64,000 nucleotides of DNA from Eukaryota sp. GEM-RC1 (taxonomy: Eukaryota): positions 3,658,001-3,722,000 of the forward strand of contig JAUFOQ010000001.1 in NCBI GenBank assembly GCA_040285855.1, written 5' to 3'. The position numbers were made by a program, and so were the translations under genes. Below the pieces are notes generated by a model. It was given only the letters and a program-made list of their open reading frames with translations. It ran no database searches and had not been told where the DNA came from. This document shows, one piece after another, positions 12,653 to 23,320 of this stretch (its first letter is position 1; every line of letters starts with the position of its first letter).

Positions 12653-12875
12653 ATATGTTTATTAATTGGTAGATCTACACAAGAGTTATTTATTAATGGA
12701 GTTCAGATCCCATTTATCAATTATGTTGAAGACGCTTTTCGTTTTCTAGGATGTTGGCTTGGGAATGTTCCTAAAGTTTCTCAAGAATTATCTAATTGCT
12801 TGGAAAAAATTGGTTCAGAACCCAACACAATTTATTCTGCTCATTTTGGTGGTATTGGTTTTACCAAATCTTCAG
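12653..12875 (+). mobile_element. RT-domain C-terminal fragment of an RLE non-LTR retrotransposon
   Basis: IPFINYVEDAFRFLGCWLGN (RT motif 7) fused to HFGGIGFTKSS. Confidence 0.7.
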
Positions 12876-13065
12876 GAGCATTCTCAAAAACACGCAGAAA
12901 TCTTAGAATATCTGCCGGAAATGTCTAGTGCCAAAAGAGAAGAAATGAAGAATCTCTGGAAGAAGGCATTGAAAAAGGCCAAAAATTGGGCTTAAATTAT
13001 GTTTATAGAACTTTCGTGTTTTTGTAAAAGTATAAAATTGTATGTATTTTTTCAATTCTTTAAAA
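12876..13065 (+). pseudogene. duplicated 3' end (last ~39 codons + 3' UTR) of glycerol kinase
   Basis: Near-identical to 7151-7340 (EHSQKHAEILEYLPEMSSAKREEMKNLWKKAL.KAKNWA* plus UTR). Confidence 0.92.
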
Positions 13066-13665
13066 CATACCTGAAAAATACACCCACTTTGATCTGATAC
13101 AATACAAGAAAAAACAAAAAAAACAATAGAACCAAAAATACAAAGAAATACAGATACAATGACGTGGCAATTTCGAATCAAAATGAAGACAATGCTACTT
13201 GCAAGTATAGTAGTATACACGCAACATTCTTCTTTTTCTTTGGTACAACATTTGACACCAACTCTCTCCGTTTCTTGATATTAAAACTCCAAGAAACTCC
13301 TGGAAATAAAGAAAAGTACCTTTGACATTTGAGGGTAAAGGTTTGCATTCTTTTGTATTTTAGATTTACATTTTGGATAAATTTGTTAAATTACAGTTTA
13401 TTTGCAACAATAGATCATAATTGTTTATTCGTTTAATGTTTCCGTCATCGTCATTTAGAGTACAAATAGGTGTAGCTTATTGTAAGTTGAAACAAAAAGC
13501 AACATTGACACTACAATGATGGCAGTCTTTCAGTTACAGTACCAAAAATTGCACAACTTATAAAAAATACAAAAAATACAATACAGTAGACGATTTGATA
13601 CAATACAAAAAATACATAAAATACATGATACAAAAAATACAATAAGACTGTATTTTTCAGGTATG
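13066..13665. mobile_element. non-autonomous hAT-type MITE (600 bp)
   Basis: TIRs CATACCTGAAAAATACA / TGTATTTTTCAGGTATG; 8-bp TSD CTTTAAAA (13058-13065, 13666-13673); ATACAA subterminal repeats. Confidence 0.9.
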
Positions 13666-14281
13666 CTTTAAAATGTTCTTTGTTAAGGGCAAAAAGTAAT
13701 GACTATTTGTTACTTAAAATCATACTAGTAAAATGTGCATGAGTTTTCATTTGAAAAATACATATAATACAAAGTAAAATACAAACTTATCAGTCTGCTA
13801 GTACTCTTCAACGAGTACTCAACGATAACGGTGCAGTATAAGATTGTATTAGTTTCCATTTCCTGCAGGTGGTTACAACGATTTCTAGTAAAAGTTCAAA
13901 GTTGATCTTCACTAACTCACTTATTCTGGAATCTGTTTCCTACAGCACGTCCTCATTCTTATGTTCAAGAAGTTACTTCTTGGATTGTTAGGATGAATTG
14001 AGGCAGAGATGAGGGGTTGATGAATAAAATTGGCACTGAATGAGTTTGATAAATGGGGATAAATCTTAACCCAATGTTATGGAAGATCTGAAGGGTGACT
14101 GTATCCAAGACAACCACTTAATATCATAATAATGCACACAAACAATTATCTACTCGAACAAAGAGCGGACGAAGCACTTGTTTAACATGTTGAAAAATAC
14201 AGTAAAATGCAAGATAAAGTGTTGTGAAATTATGTTATTTCTTTTATATAAAAAGAAACCCCTCAACTCGCCCTTAGGACG

Positions 14282-15912
14282 ATGTCTTCCCGTCCATCAT
14301 CGTCTAGAAATCAACATAAACCTCAACGTCCTTGTTCTGCCTCTTCTGCAGTTCTGCGGCGTGCTTCTAAACCTTATTCAGCTCGTCGTGTGAAACCTCA
14401 ATCTGAACCCATTGAAGAAGCCATAGACTTCTCTGCTCATCCTCTAGATCAAAGAAAGATGCCTTCCTGTTTCAATAAAGATCCTGAGGCTCTTTACGAA
14501 GAAAACCTTGGCTTAAGGCATTTGAAGAATGAATTACACCATGAACTTTCGTCATGGAAAACTAGAGCAATAAGATCAGAACAAGGACTATCCAAAACCA
14601 AGAAACAACTTAATGATCTCATCAAGGCCAAAACTATAGCTGATGCAACCGTTCTAGGCCTTGACTGCTTACGTCATGACACGTCATTTAATGACCGTCT
14701 TCGTGAAGAAAACGCAAGACTTTCTGCTGAAGTCCGCGCCAAAGATCTAGAAATGGTCAAACTAAAGAAAGACAGCCGACCCACACGTGTTCAAGAACTT
14801 GAGTCACAACTTTCCCAATTCGTTTTGGAAATTCAGCGACTTCGATCTGTTCTTGTTGAGTATGGTATTGATGCAGATTCAGGTAGAAGACTTGAAAAGA
14901 AAGATCCGACAAAAGTCTATATTCAAGAACTTAAATCCACTATATCTTCTTTGGACAGTCAGGTGGTGTCACTTCAAGATGAACTATCAGCATTAAAGGT
15001 TAGGAATGCTAGTGAATTGGCTGATGTTGAAGCTCTAAAACATTCGAATTCTGAGCTTACACGTCATATTTTTGAGCTGGAAAAGAACTAGAAGATGAAC
15101 CAATTAGAAGAAGAAAACTGCGGGACGAAAATTTGAAAAAAGTACGCGAACTCCAGCTTTTGATTGAAGAAAAAGATCACTTGATTGAAGTAGCTAAACT
15201 TTCCAATAATTCTTCAATGTCAGAACTCGAGAGTGATCTCAATCAAGCTAAAAAGGATCACATGGAGGTCAAGAAATGGCTATCGCAAGAAAAAGAAGCT
15301 CGAAATGGACTGGAGAAACAACTTATTCAATTAGACCAGGAAAATAACTCATTGAAAGACCAAATTCAACTTTTGAAGGACAATTTTGAAAAACGTATTC
15401 TTGAAAAAATGAATCTTCTAGTAATGACAAACATCACACACAGCTCGAAGATCTGGAGATTTCTGGTATTCATGACGTGACGATTGAATCTGTCCCTGAT
15501 GAATCAATTTTGATTGATGACAGTCACGATGTTCGAGAAGAACCCACTGATGATAATCAAAATGACAATCAAGATGAAAATGAAGAACTTTTTTTGAAGG
15601 ACGAAGTTCATGATGAATTTGTTGTACAAGAAAATGACGAGCTGTCAGAATTCCACGAAACTCCACGTGATCAGGTCAAAAGTGACGATTTCCTAGTCGA
15701 GGAGTTTTCCCCTTCGCCTCTTTCGCCACCTCATAAAAAGTCAAGGGAATTCTTCTGAACATGACCCAGATGATTTACTTGTCGATGATAATCCCGACTC
15801 GTTAGTTATTAGCGATGAAGAGATGGGGGATGAAAGTAATTCCAAGGAAAATGTAAATATTGAAACAAATTTTGAAGAAGATTATGCTGGTGATTCAGAC
15901 CAATTTGATTAA
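14282..15912 (+). CDS. IQCE/lebercilin-like coiled-coil protein with acidic tail (3 homopolymer frameshifts)
   Basis: ORFs 14282..15091, 15133..15480, 15477..15758 and a tail to TAA at 15912 join at A-runs (~15082, ~15405, ~15735). EALYEENLGL…KTRAIRSEQ…KDLEMVKLKKDSRPTRVQELE…EIQRLRSVL resembles the IQCE N-terminal coiled coil (from memory). Confidence 0.65.
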
Positions 15913-16036
15913 AATTTTAAATTATTAATTACTATGATTGTATTGGTAATGTTGTATTATAATGCAAACTAATAGTTTAATTTGGTACTGTTTTCAGTTA
16001 ATTAATTGGAACATTTTCCAAAATTATTTCTAATGT

Positions 16037-16578
16037 TCAAAATAAAATAAAATTTGATTTTTTTAATTTCTTAAAAAGTCCTTCAAGGGCGATATAAGGT
16101 TTTTGGAAATCGTCCGTGGTATTTTCAAAATCCGGAATGATTTCATTTATTGGAATTTTGGATCCGCCTCTAAGGAAAAGAATTTTGACATAGAAGTTGC
16201 AGATTAATCGATGACTTTGTGAAAACATTTTCTGCTCTAGAAAAAGCCAGTTTCCATTGATTGACTTAACCCTAGTTTGGACATAATAAGACTTAAACAA
16301 AGGAAGTTGTCTTCTATACACAATCGATGCTCCACCAACCACAGGATTGTAATGCTGACGTCTGCAGAACTTGAATAGTCCAGATTCTAAGAACATTTGC
16401 CAACGAGCTAGTTCAAAATTAACCAGAAACGAAGAATTGTTCATATGAAAGTTGTAATCGATATCAGTAATTCCACAGAATGATTTGAACTTAAAAGGGG
16501 AGAACCCTGCTTAAAGACAGGTGATCCTTTCAGGAAGTGAATGATGTAAATCCACAAATAGCGAAGATAGTAGATCAT
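16037..16578 (-). CDS. THEM6-like hotdog-fold thioesterase (frameshift at ~16495)
   Basis: Joined frame gives FCGITDIDYNFHMNNSSFLVNFELARW…GGASIVYRRQLPLFKSY.VQTR…WLFLEQK (4HBT/THEM6 signature). Confidence 0.85.
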
Positions 16579-16652
16579 TTGAGTAAGACAGGAGACAGGA
16601 GGAGAAGCAAAACTACATGTATAAGAAATCTCAACTCTACTATACATACTTT

Positions 16653-17357
16653 ATGACCAATCTGCAACTTAAAGCCGCTACTTGTGAACGAGATCTTGTT
16701 GAATCAGAGCTGCAATCTCTCAAGTTGAAACATTCTCGTTTAACTTCCAACTATCTTCAAGAAGTACAACAACTTCGACAATTGGCTTTTCAACTCCTGA
16801 AACAAGCTAAAGAGAGCAGCCTTCCTCTTCCCTCTTCAGATGTTCTTCGAGTTCTTTTCGACAAAGACCAGTTCATAGATGCTCAAGAGACATGTCCTCA
16901 GCTGTTGGAAGACAATGAAACGATAGTTAATCTCCAGAACATTATATCTGACTACTCAGTGGATTTCGCAAACGAAATTGCTTCTATCCACGATTCCATT
17001 TCTGAAGTCCTTGCTGAGAACTCTTCTCACAAGGATGCCATCACCTCTTTAAAACAGGACTTACTTAATTTGAATGAATCTAAGACTAAACTTGAAAATG
17101 ACTTAACTTCTCGATGTAACACCTTGGAGATGTCTTTGACAATTGCTGAAGAAAACCTACGATTAGTTAGGAGAGAACGAGATTTAGCTAACACGCGTGT
17201 AGAACAATTGGAAGAGGAACTGTGTCGAGTTTCTACTAATCCAGGTAGTAATCAACACGAGTTTGGTGAAGACCTGGTATTGGAAATTTCCTCCATAGCC
17301 AACTTGTTGAGCTTTAATGATGACGTGTCCGATGATGTGACCTCTGATGAGTCGTGA
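16653..17357 (+). CDS. coiled-coil hypothetical protein
   Basis: Open 234-codon frame from ATG 16653 with a heptad pattern; divergent from the thioesterase across ~74 bp. Confidence 0.7.
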   Translation: MTNLQLKAATCERDLVESELQSLKLKHSRLTSNYLQEVQQLRQLAFQLLKQAKESSLPLPSSDVLRVLFDKDQFIDAQETCPQLLEDNETIVNLQNIISDYSVDFANEIASIHDSISEVLAENSSHKDAITSLKQDLLNLNESKTKLENDLTSRCNTLEMSLTIAEENLRLVRRERDLANTRVEQLEEELCRVSTNPGSNQHEFGEDLVLEISSIANLLSFNDDVSDDVTSDES

Positions 17358-17818
17358 CCTTCAAACACTGTCTTCTATGAATATTTGTATATTATTTGAT
17401 TGATTGTTTCTGTTGCCGTTTGATCTCTCTTCACTGACTATTTAAGTTGATTGGCCTTTTTTCAAAAATATCTTCATGTTACTCTGTTTTTGAGATTTCT
17501 GGAAAGGGAAAGTATCTCCAGCATTTGGCAACTTAATTATATAATGACACGCATTTGTCGGATTTCAATTGGAAACAAGTTCTACTTGTTTAAACTGTGT
17601 TCAATTTTTAAAAAATTGGAAATTTCAATTATTGTGTTTTTGTATTTGATGCACGAATTCTAGCGTGAACATTGTTGAGGTATTTTCAACTTAAAATATC
17701 TGTATATACAACGTTTTGTCAGGAATTCTAATGTAATTAATTAGGAAAATGTTAAGAAGTTGAAGGACATACATCAACTTTGCAATTGTTATACATCTTA
17801 GAGTAAATAGAACACATG

Positions 17819-17923
17819 AAAACTTAGAGTAATCATCAATCAAATTAAAACTTATAGTAATCATCAATCAAATTAAAACTTATAGTAATCATCAATTAAA
17901 ACTTAGAGTAATTATCAATCAAA
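17819..17923. repeat. 28-bp minisatellite (~4 copies)
   Basis: AAAACTTAKAGTAATCATCAATCAAATT repeated with 28, 28 and 23 bp spacing. Confidence 0.85.
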
Positions 17924-18231
17924 CAGGATCAAACAGGTTAAGCCAATAAGTAATCATCAATTACTATGCCGCTACTAGAACGATTACAGTCAAAACTGTT
18001 TTCAAACCTAAAGGGATCAGCTTGCGTTTCGATTAACTGAGTAAATACTCATCTACTAATAAATCATCTATTTATATATTAAATACGAAGTGAGACTATA
18101 TGTCGTAGAGGACAATTGGTCACATAAAAATCTTCTTACCAACATACATTTGTGATTGGTTCTAATTCTGCGAATCATCTTCCTTCTATAATTTTTTTTT
18201 AGTTTCGTCCTGGAACATCAGTGACGATGAC

Positions 18232-18743
18232 CAAAAGTACTAGATGTTTTTTCTTTTACATTCTTCACAAAGATTTCATGTAATTGCATGCCCGACTCAG
18301 CTAGAAACCGTACAGTGAAAATACAAAAGGGTACAACAAGTAATTCGGGTGTGAAACCGAAGTTAATGATTTCAATTTAGCAAAAAATTTTCCATTTTAA
18401 ATTTTTCAGCAATCAACAAGGAATTTTTAGCATTAGATTTAGCAAGTTTCTTGTTGGAATCATTACAAACATCGATAGACATAACATCAGCAATAATGAA
18501 AGATCCCTCGAGACCAGGAAATAAGACATCACCACGGCTATCTCCAAACGGTTTGTCAACATCTGTATCATCAAACAAACCAGGCAGAACTGGTTCTGAA
18601 AAGGAAACTATTCCATAAGATTCACACAAACAATAAAATTGATCCCTTACAGAATAATGAACCTTACTTCTAAGAGAAATAAAACGGTTACAATTCAATA
18701 AATGTGTAGGTCTGAGAGATTGCCCACATTGGCATGTCAAAAT
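18232..18743 (-). mobile_element. family B RLE retrotransposon fragment (resumes for ~15-20 bp at 20762)
   Basis: LTCQCG…HLLNC…RSKVHYSVRD…EP…RGDV…ADVMSIDV (CCHC + PD-(D/E)XK-type RLE). With the hAT pair removed, the frame reads NLPHILTCQCG across the junction. Confidence 0.85.
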
Positions 18744-19615
18744 CATACTTGGGTATCAGACTTTTTTGCATTTTGTGATACTTGTGAATCACACATATCA
18801 CATCACAACATCACAGTGTGATATGTGTGATAATTGAGGTATATCACATCACAAATACAGACGATACTGATCCTACTCAATAAAACCTTATATAAACAAA
18901 CGTGAAGTATATTTTCTGCTAGATATGGAGGCTTTTGGATTGTAGAACTCCATCGAGCCTCCTAATCATAGATTGTGATTGAGAAACACAGTCGGTAGAA
19001 TCGAGTAGTCGCAAATTGTTCAACTGATTTAAAGGAGGCGTCTGTTGTTAATCAAGTATAAGGTTTATTGTTAAATGATCCTCAATATAGCTATGTAAAC
19101 ACAAGATAAGTACAAAAGCCCTTTAATGACTCTTAAACATGTGAAACGTGTTGAATGTGAAATATGTCCTTTGGATGTATCAATTTACAATTGTTGAGGA
19201 AAAAGTGGACTCAATTTTCTAAATGATGTTAAAAAGAGTCGGAAAATGAGGATGAACAACCGTTTTGATCATATAATAGTATATTGTATTCTGTTTGTAG
19301 AACAATTCACGGAATTGTTCGCTAAAGCTCTACTATCAGTGAGTTCCTTTTTGAGTAAATCACTGTGCTCATGTCACAAACAAGACAGAATGTAAATTTA
19401 TCTCTTCCATTCTTTCAGATTGAGTCATATAAATCGTTCGAAAATAAGATCTGAAAATAAATATAAATAAGTATTGATCGTGTACAGTCTTCAATTCAAA
19501 AATATCACCATATTTTGCGTATTTCGACCCCCACATGCACCACAAATATCACTTACAACTATCACAATTATCACTCACAAATATCACATCACAAAAAGTG
19601 TGATACACAAGTATG
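18744..19615. mobile_element. non-autonomous hAT element (872 bp), containing a decayed family E RLE fragment at ~19100-19360
   Basis: TIRs CATACTTGGGTATCAGACTTTTT / AAAAAGTGTGATACACAAGTATG; TSD GTCAAAAT on both sides; ATCAC repeats. The internal frame DKYKSPL…CPLDVSIYNC*GKSGLNFL…RFD parallels the RLE C-terminus. Confidence 0.85.
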
Positions 19616-19623
19616 GTCAAAAT

Positions 19624-20753
19624 CATACTTGTGGATCACAATCACATGTGATCACACTGGCCTTTTTTTTGTGATCACATCACTTGTGATCCAAATGTGA
19701 TCCATGCTTAAGTGAAGTCATTAATATAATACATGTATGTGATAAACATAGACCAGTTTTAATTGTTCAACAACACTCTAAAGTTTAGAGCACCAGTTTA
19801 GAGTCTAATCTGTGGTGCTCGAAAACTACATTTACCCTTTCCCCACAATGTCATCACTTCCTTTTCTCCAATCCGATTGTAACAAGGACAATCCGCTTTA
19901 CCAGCCTGTGAAAGTTCGTGAAAAAACATCAAGTAAAGAAGACATTCAATGTCAAGGGTGCTATAAGATATCAAACAATAATATATCATACAATAGATTT
20001 TACCACAAAACTTACTACTTCTTAAGTCATTAATTTGGCTGTCCATCAATGGTGGTACTCTGTTGGTAAACAGCTTTATCCACAGTTGAGTCAATTAGCT
20101 CAAAGAATTACAGGTCATACTGGTTCAGCATCTACAACAGAAAGGAATTGGTCTTCATTCGACTTCCAGGTGCCCAAAAGAAGGTTGAAATTGACCAACG
20201 ATCATTTGGATGACATGATTATGATTCATTTTAATACTCCTCTTCTAAAACAAGAACCCAAAAATTTGAATCTAAGTGTTCTCAACGAAATTCTTGAGAC
20301 CAAATCTAGAGTGGCAGATGTTCTTTTGGATGTGGAAATGTGGGCACCAACAGAGAAGATGCTTTAGCGTTGTTGGCAGAAGAAGAACAACCGGCAGATA
20401 CAATGGATGTTGTAGCAAATGTTGATTTGAGAGGTGTTTTTGACAACATCACAGATGACGATGAGGATGATAAAGAGGATGTTGAAGAAGTCTTTATGAT
20501 CGAAGAAGCAAATATGGAGGAGCACATTGATGTAGATTGGTCTCAGAACAGTGAAATAGATCGTGTTCGCAAAAGAAAGCTGTAGGGTTATGTAATTTCG
20601 ATATGTATAAATATTATAATTCATTATTATCAACTTTATTTTTCCCAATAAACAGTATTTGTGATCATAATTTGTGATTGTGATCACATGTGATCGTGTG
20701 ATGTGATTGTGATTGTGATCACACTGGCAAAGTGAGTGTGATCAACAAGTATG
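19624..20753 (+). mobile_element. internally deleted hAT transposon (1130 bp)
   Basis: TIRs CATACTTGT…ACAAGTATG; TSD GTCAAAAT; GATCAC subterminal repeats. Encodes a BED-finger-like start (IQCQGC) and the dimerisation domain WWYSVGKQLYPQLSQLAQRITGHTGSASTTERNWSSF…KRRLKL. Confidence 0.92.
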
Positions 20754-20781
20754 GTCAAAATATGTGGAAGGTTATGACTGA

Positions 20782-21195
20782 AAAAGATGGAATAAAAACG
20801 ACAGTGTATTGATGTTTGGTGACAATGGTAATAAGATGCAGAACCTAAAACACCTCCGATCAAGTAGAGGTGGGGGTTGGAGAAACTTCTTTAAGAGAAA
20901 TGGTTACAATATTGTTCTTGTAGATGAGAGTTACACATCTTCAAAGTGTCCTAAATGTTGGGGGCCAGTTAAAGTGTTTATGGAAGTTGACAATCCTAGA
21001 CCCAAGAAACAAGAAGAGAAGTCTACGGTGAAGTGACATGCGTTGTTGAGATGCCAGTCTGAGAAGTGTAGAGAGGAATGTGATGACAAAGACAAAGTGT
21101 GGAATCGTATCAAGTTAGCATGTATCAACATCAAAGCTATTGTGGAGCAGCACTTGGAGCGGGGTCTAGGAGTTAGACCCAGTTATTTGTCATAG
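20782..21195 (+). pseudogene. Fanzor/TnpB-family RNA-guided nuclease, C-terminal RuvC/zinc-ribbon relic
   Basis: Reading through TGA 21034-21036: VLMFGDNG…RGGGWRNFFKRNGYNIVLVDESYTSSKCPKC…DNPRP…HALLRCQSEKC…VWNRIKLACINIKAI…RPSYLS*. This matches the Fanzor1-type pattern GD…F….GY….VDE..TS..C..C…H.LLRC…C…WNRD.NA..NI…RP.YL. Confidence 0.85.
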
Positions 21196-21274
21196 TCATA
21201 GCCTTTATTTACTACGTGAATCCGTAGTTATCTTGGAAATTGAGATCTCCCATGAAATTGGATCTTTTCTCAAT

Positions 21275-23173
21275 ATGGCACATTATGCTTCGGATCGTTT
21301 GACATCTCTTTATGTTGACTCAAAGTCAAGTATTGCTTCGGTTACGTTGGAACAAGAAAGAGCTTCTTTACCCACCATATCTATTGACGATAAATCTCCT
21401 GAACAAGTTGAGGAGAAGCTTGTGATTGACTGGAGCAAACTGAGTTCCAAGTTGAAGAATTGTCATGATCAGATGGTGGGAAATGAGGTTTCTATGATCA
21501 ATCTTAACAGCAACTCAATTGGTGATTCAGGAGCTGTCGCAATTGCTGAAGCGTTAAAGGTGAATTCCTCTGTTTATCAGATCTATCTACATAACAACTC
21601 AATTGGTGATTCAGGAGCTGTCGCAATTGCTGAAGCGCTAAAGGTGAATGCATCTGTGTCTGAGATCTATCTAAGTAACAACTCAATTGGTGATTCAGGA
21701 GCTAGAGCAATTGCTGAAGCGTTAAAGGTGAATTCGGCTGTTTATGAGATCTCTCTAAACAACACCTCAATTGGTGATTCAGGAGCCATCGCAATTGCTG
21801 AAGCGTTAAAGGTGAATTCGACTGTGTCTGAGATCTTTTTAAACAACAACTCAATTGGTGAAACAGGAGCTATCGCAATTGCTGAAGCGTTAAAGGTGAA
21901 TTCGACTGTTTCTAGGATTTTGCTACGTAACAACTCAATTGGTGAAACAGGAGCTACAGCAATTGCTGAAGCGTTACAGGTGAATTCGACTGTTTATGAG
22001 ATCTATCTAAACAACAACTCAATTGGTGAAACAGGAGCTATCGCAATTGCTGAAGCGTTAAAGGTTAATTCGACTGTGTCTGAGATCTATCTAAACAACA
22101 ACTCAGTTGGTGATTCAGGAGCTATCGCAATTGCTGAAGCGTTAAAGGTGAATTCGTCTGTTTCTACGGTCGATATATCTAACAACTCAATTGGACATTC
22201 AGGAGCTATCGCAATTGCTGAAGTGTTAAAGGTGAATTCGACTGTTTCTGAGATATATCTATATAACAACTCAATTGGTGATTCAGGAGCTATTGCAATT
22301 GCTGAAGCCTTAAAGGTGAATTCCAATGTTTCTACGATTTCTCTATCTACCAACTCAATTGGTGATTCAGGAGCTATTGCAATTGCTGAAGCGTTAAAGG
22401 TGAATTCGACTGTTTCTAGGATTTTGCTACGTAACAACTCAATTGGTGAAACAGGAGCTACAGCAATTGCTGAAGCGTTACAGGTGAATTCGACTGTTTA
22501 TGAGATCTATCTAAACAACAACTCAATTGGTGAAACAGGAGCTATCGCAATTGCTGAAGCGTTAAAGGTTAATTCGACTGTGTCTGAGATCTATCTAAAC
22601 AACAACTCAGTTGGTGATTCAGGAGCTATCGCAATTGCTGAAGCGTTAAAGGTGAATTCGTCTGTTTCTACGGTCGATATATCTAACAACTCAATTGGAC
22701 ATTCAGGAGCTATCGCAATTGCTGAAGTGTTAAAGGTGAATTCGACTGTTTCTGAGATATATCTATATAACAACTCAATTGGTGATTCAGGAGCTATTGC
22801 AATTGCTGAAGCCTTAAAGGTGAATTCCAATGTTTCTACGATTTCTCTATCTACCAACTCAATTGGTGATTCAGGAGCTATTGCAATTGCTGAAGTGTTA
22901 AAGGTGAATTCATCTGTGCTTGAGATCTATCTATATGACAACTCAATTGGTGATTCAGGAGCTATCGCAATTGCTGAAGCGTTAAAGGTGAATTCGACTG
23001 TTACTAAGATCTCGCTATATAACAACTCAATTGGTGATTCAGGAGCTATCGCAATTGCTGAAGCGTTAAAGGTGAATTCGACTGTTTCAAGGATTGATCT
23101 AGATACCAACTCAATCAATAGCCAAACACAACAGTCATTAAATTCACAATACAAGAATAGACTCTATTTCTAA
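21275..23173 (+). CDS. ribonuclease-inhibitor-like (NLRC3-like) leucine-rich repeat protein
   Basis: ~20 tandem 28-aa (84-bp) repeats, consensus V.EI.L.NNSIGDSGAIAIAEALKVNST; first ATG at 21275. Confidence 0.92.
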   Translation: MAHYASDRLTSLYVDSKSSIASVTLEQERASLPTISIDDKSPEQVEEKLVIDWSKLSSKLKNCHDQMVGNEVSMINLNSNSIGDSGAVAIAEALKVNSSVYQIYLHNNSIGDSGAVAIAEALKVNASVSEIYLSNNSIGDSGARAIAEALKVNSAVYEISLNNTSIGDSGAIAIAEALKVNSTVSEIFLNNNSIGETGAIAIAEALKVNSTVSRILLRNNSIGETGATAIAEALQVNSTVYEIYLNNNSIGETGAIAIAEALKVNSTVSEIYLNNNSVGDSGAIAIAEALKVNSSVSTVDISNNSIGHSGAIAIAEVLKVNSTVSEIYLYNNSIGDSGAIAIAEALKVNSNVSTISLSTNSIGDSGAIAIAEALKVNSTVSRILLRNNSIGETGATAIAEALQVNSTVYEIYLNNNSIGETGAIAIAEALKVNSTVSEIYLNNNSVGDSGAIAIAEALKVNSSVSTVDISNNSIGHSGAIAIAEVLKVNSTVSEIYLYNNSIGDSGAIAIAEALKVNSNVSTISLSTNSIGDSGAIAIAEVLKVNSSVLEIYLYDNSIGDSGAIAIAEALKVNSTVTKISLYNNSIGDSGAIAIAEALKVNSTVSRIDLDTNSINSQTQQSLNSQYKNRLYF

Positions 23174-23320
23174 ACATGTTTTCTTTATATATAAAGACGT
23201 CCTTTTGACTGTATCAATCAGTACAAACAGTCTATTCTTCAGTTTATATAGTATCTTGTCAATGTCAAGAGTTCCTGATGGAAACTTTAAAAAATATTAA
23301 AATGTATATTTTCATGATAA

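Noticed and set aside
19624..21195. Fanzor as cargo of the adjacent hAT transposon
   Set aside because: The Fanzor lies outside the hAT TIR/TSD; the hAT pair inserted into a retro fragment that abuts the Fanzor.
21480..23125. CRISPR-like alternation of constant and variable segments
   Set aside because: The period is 84 bp, in frame, and encodes LRRs; the variable parts are related to each other; no cas genes; eukaryotic context.
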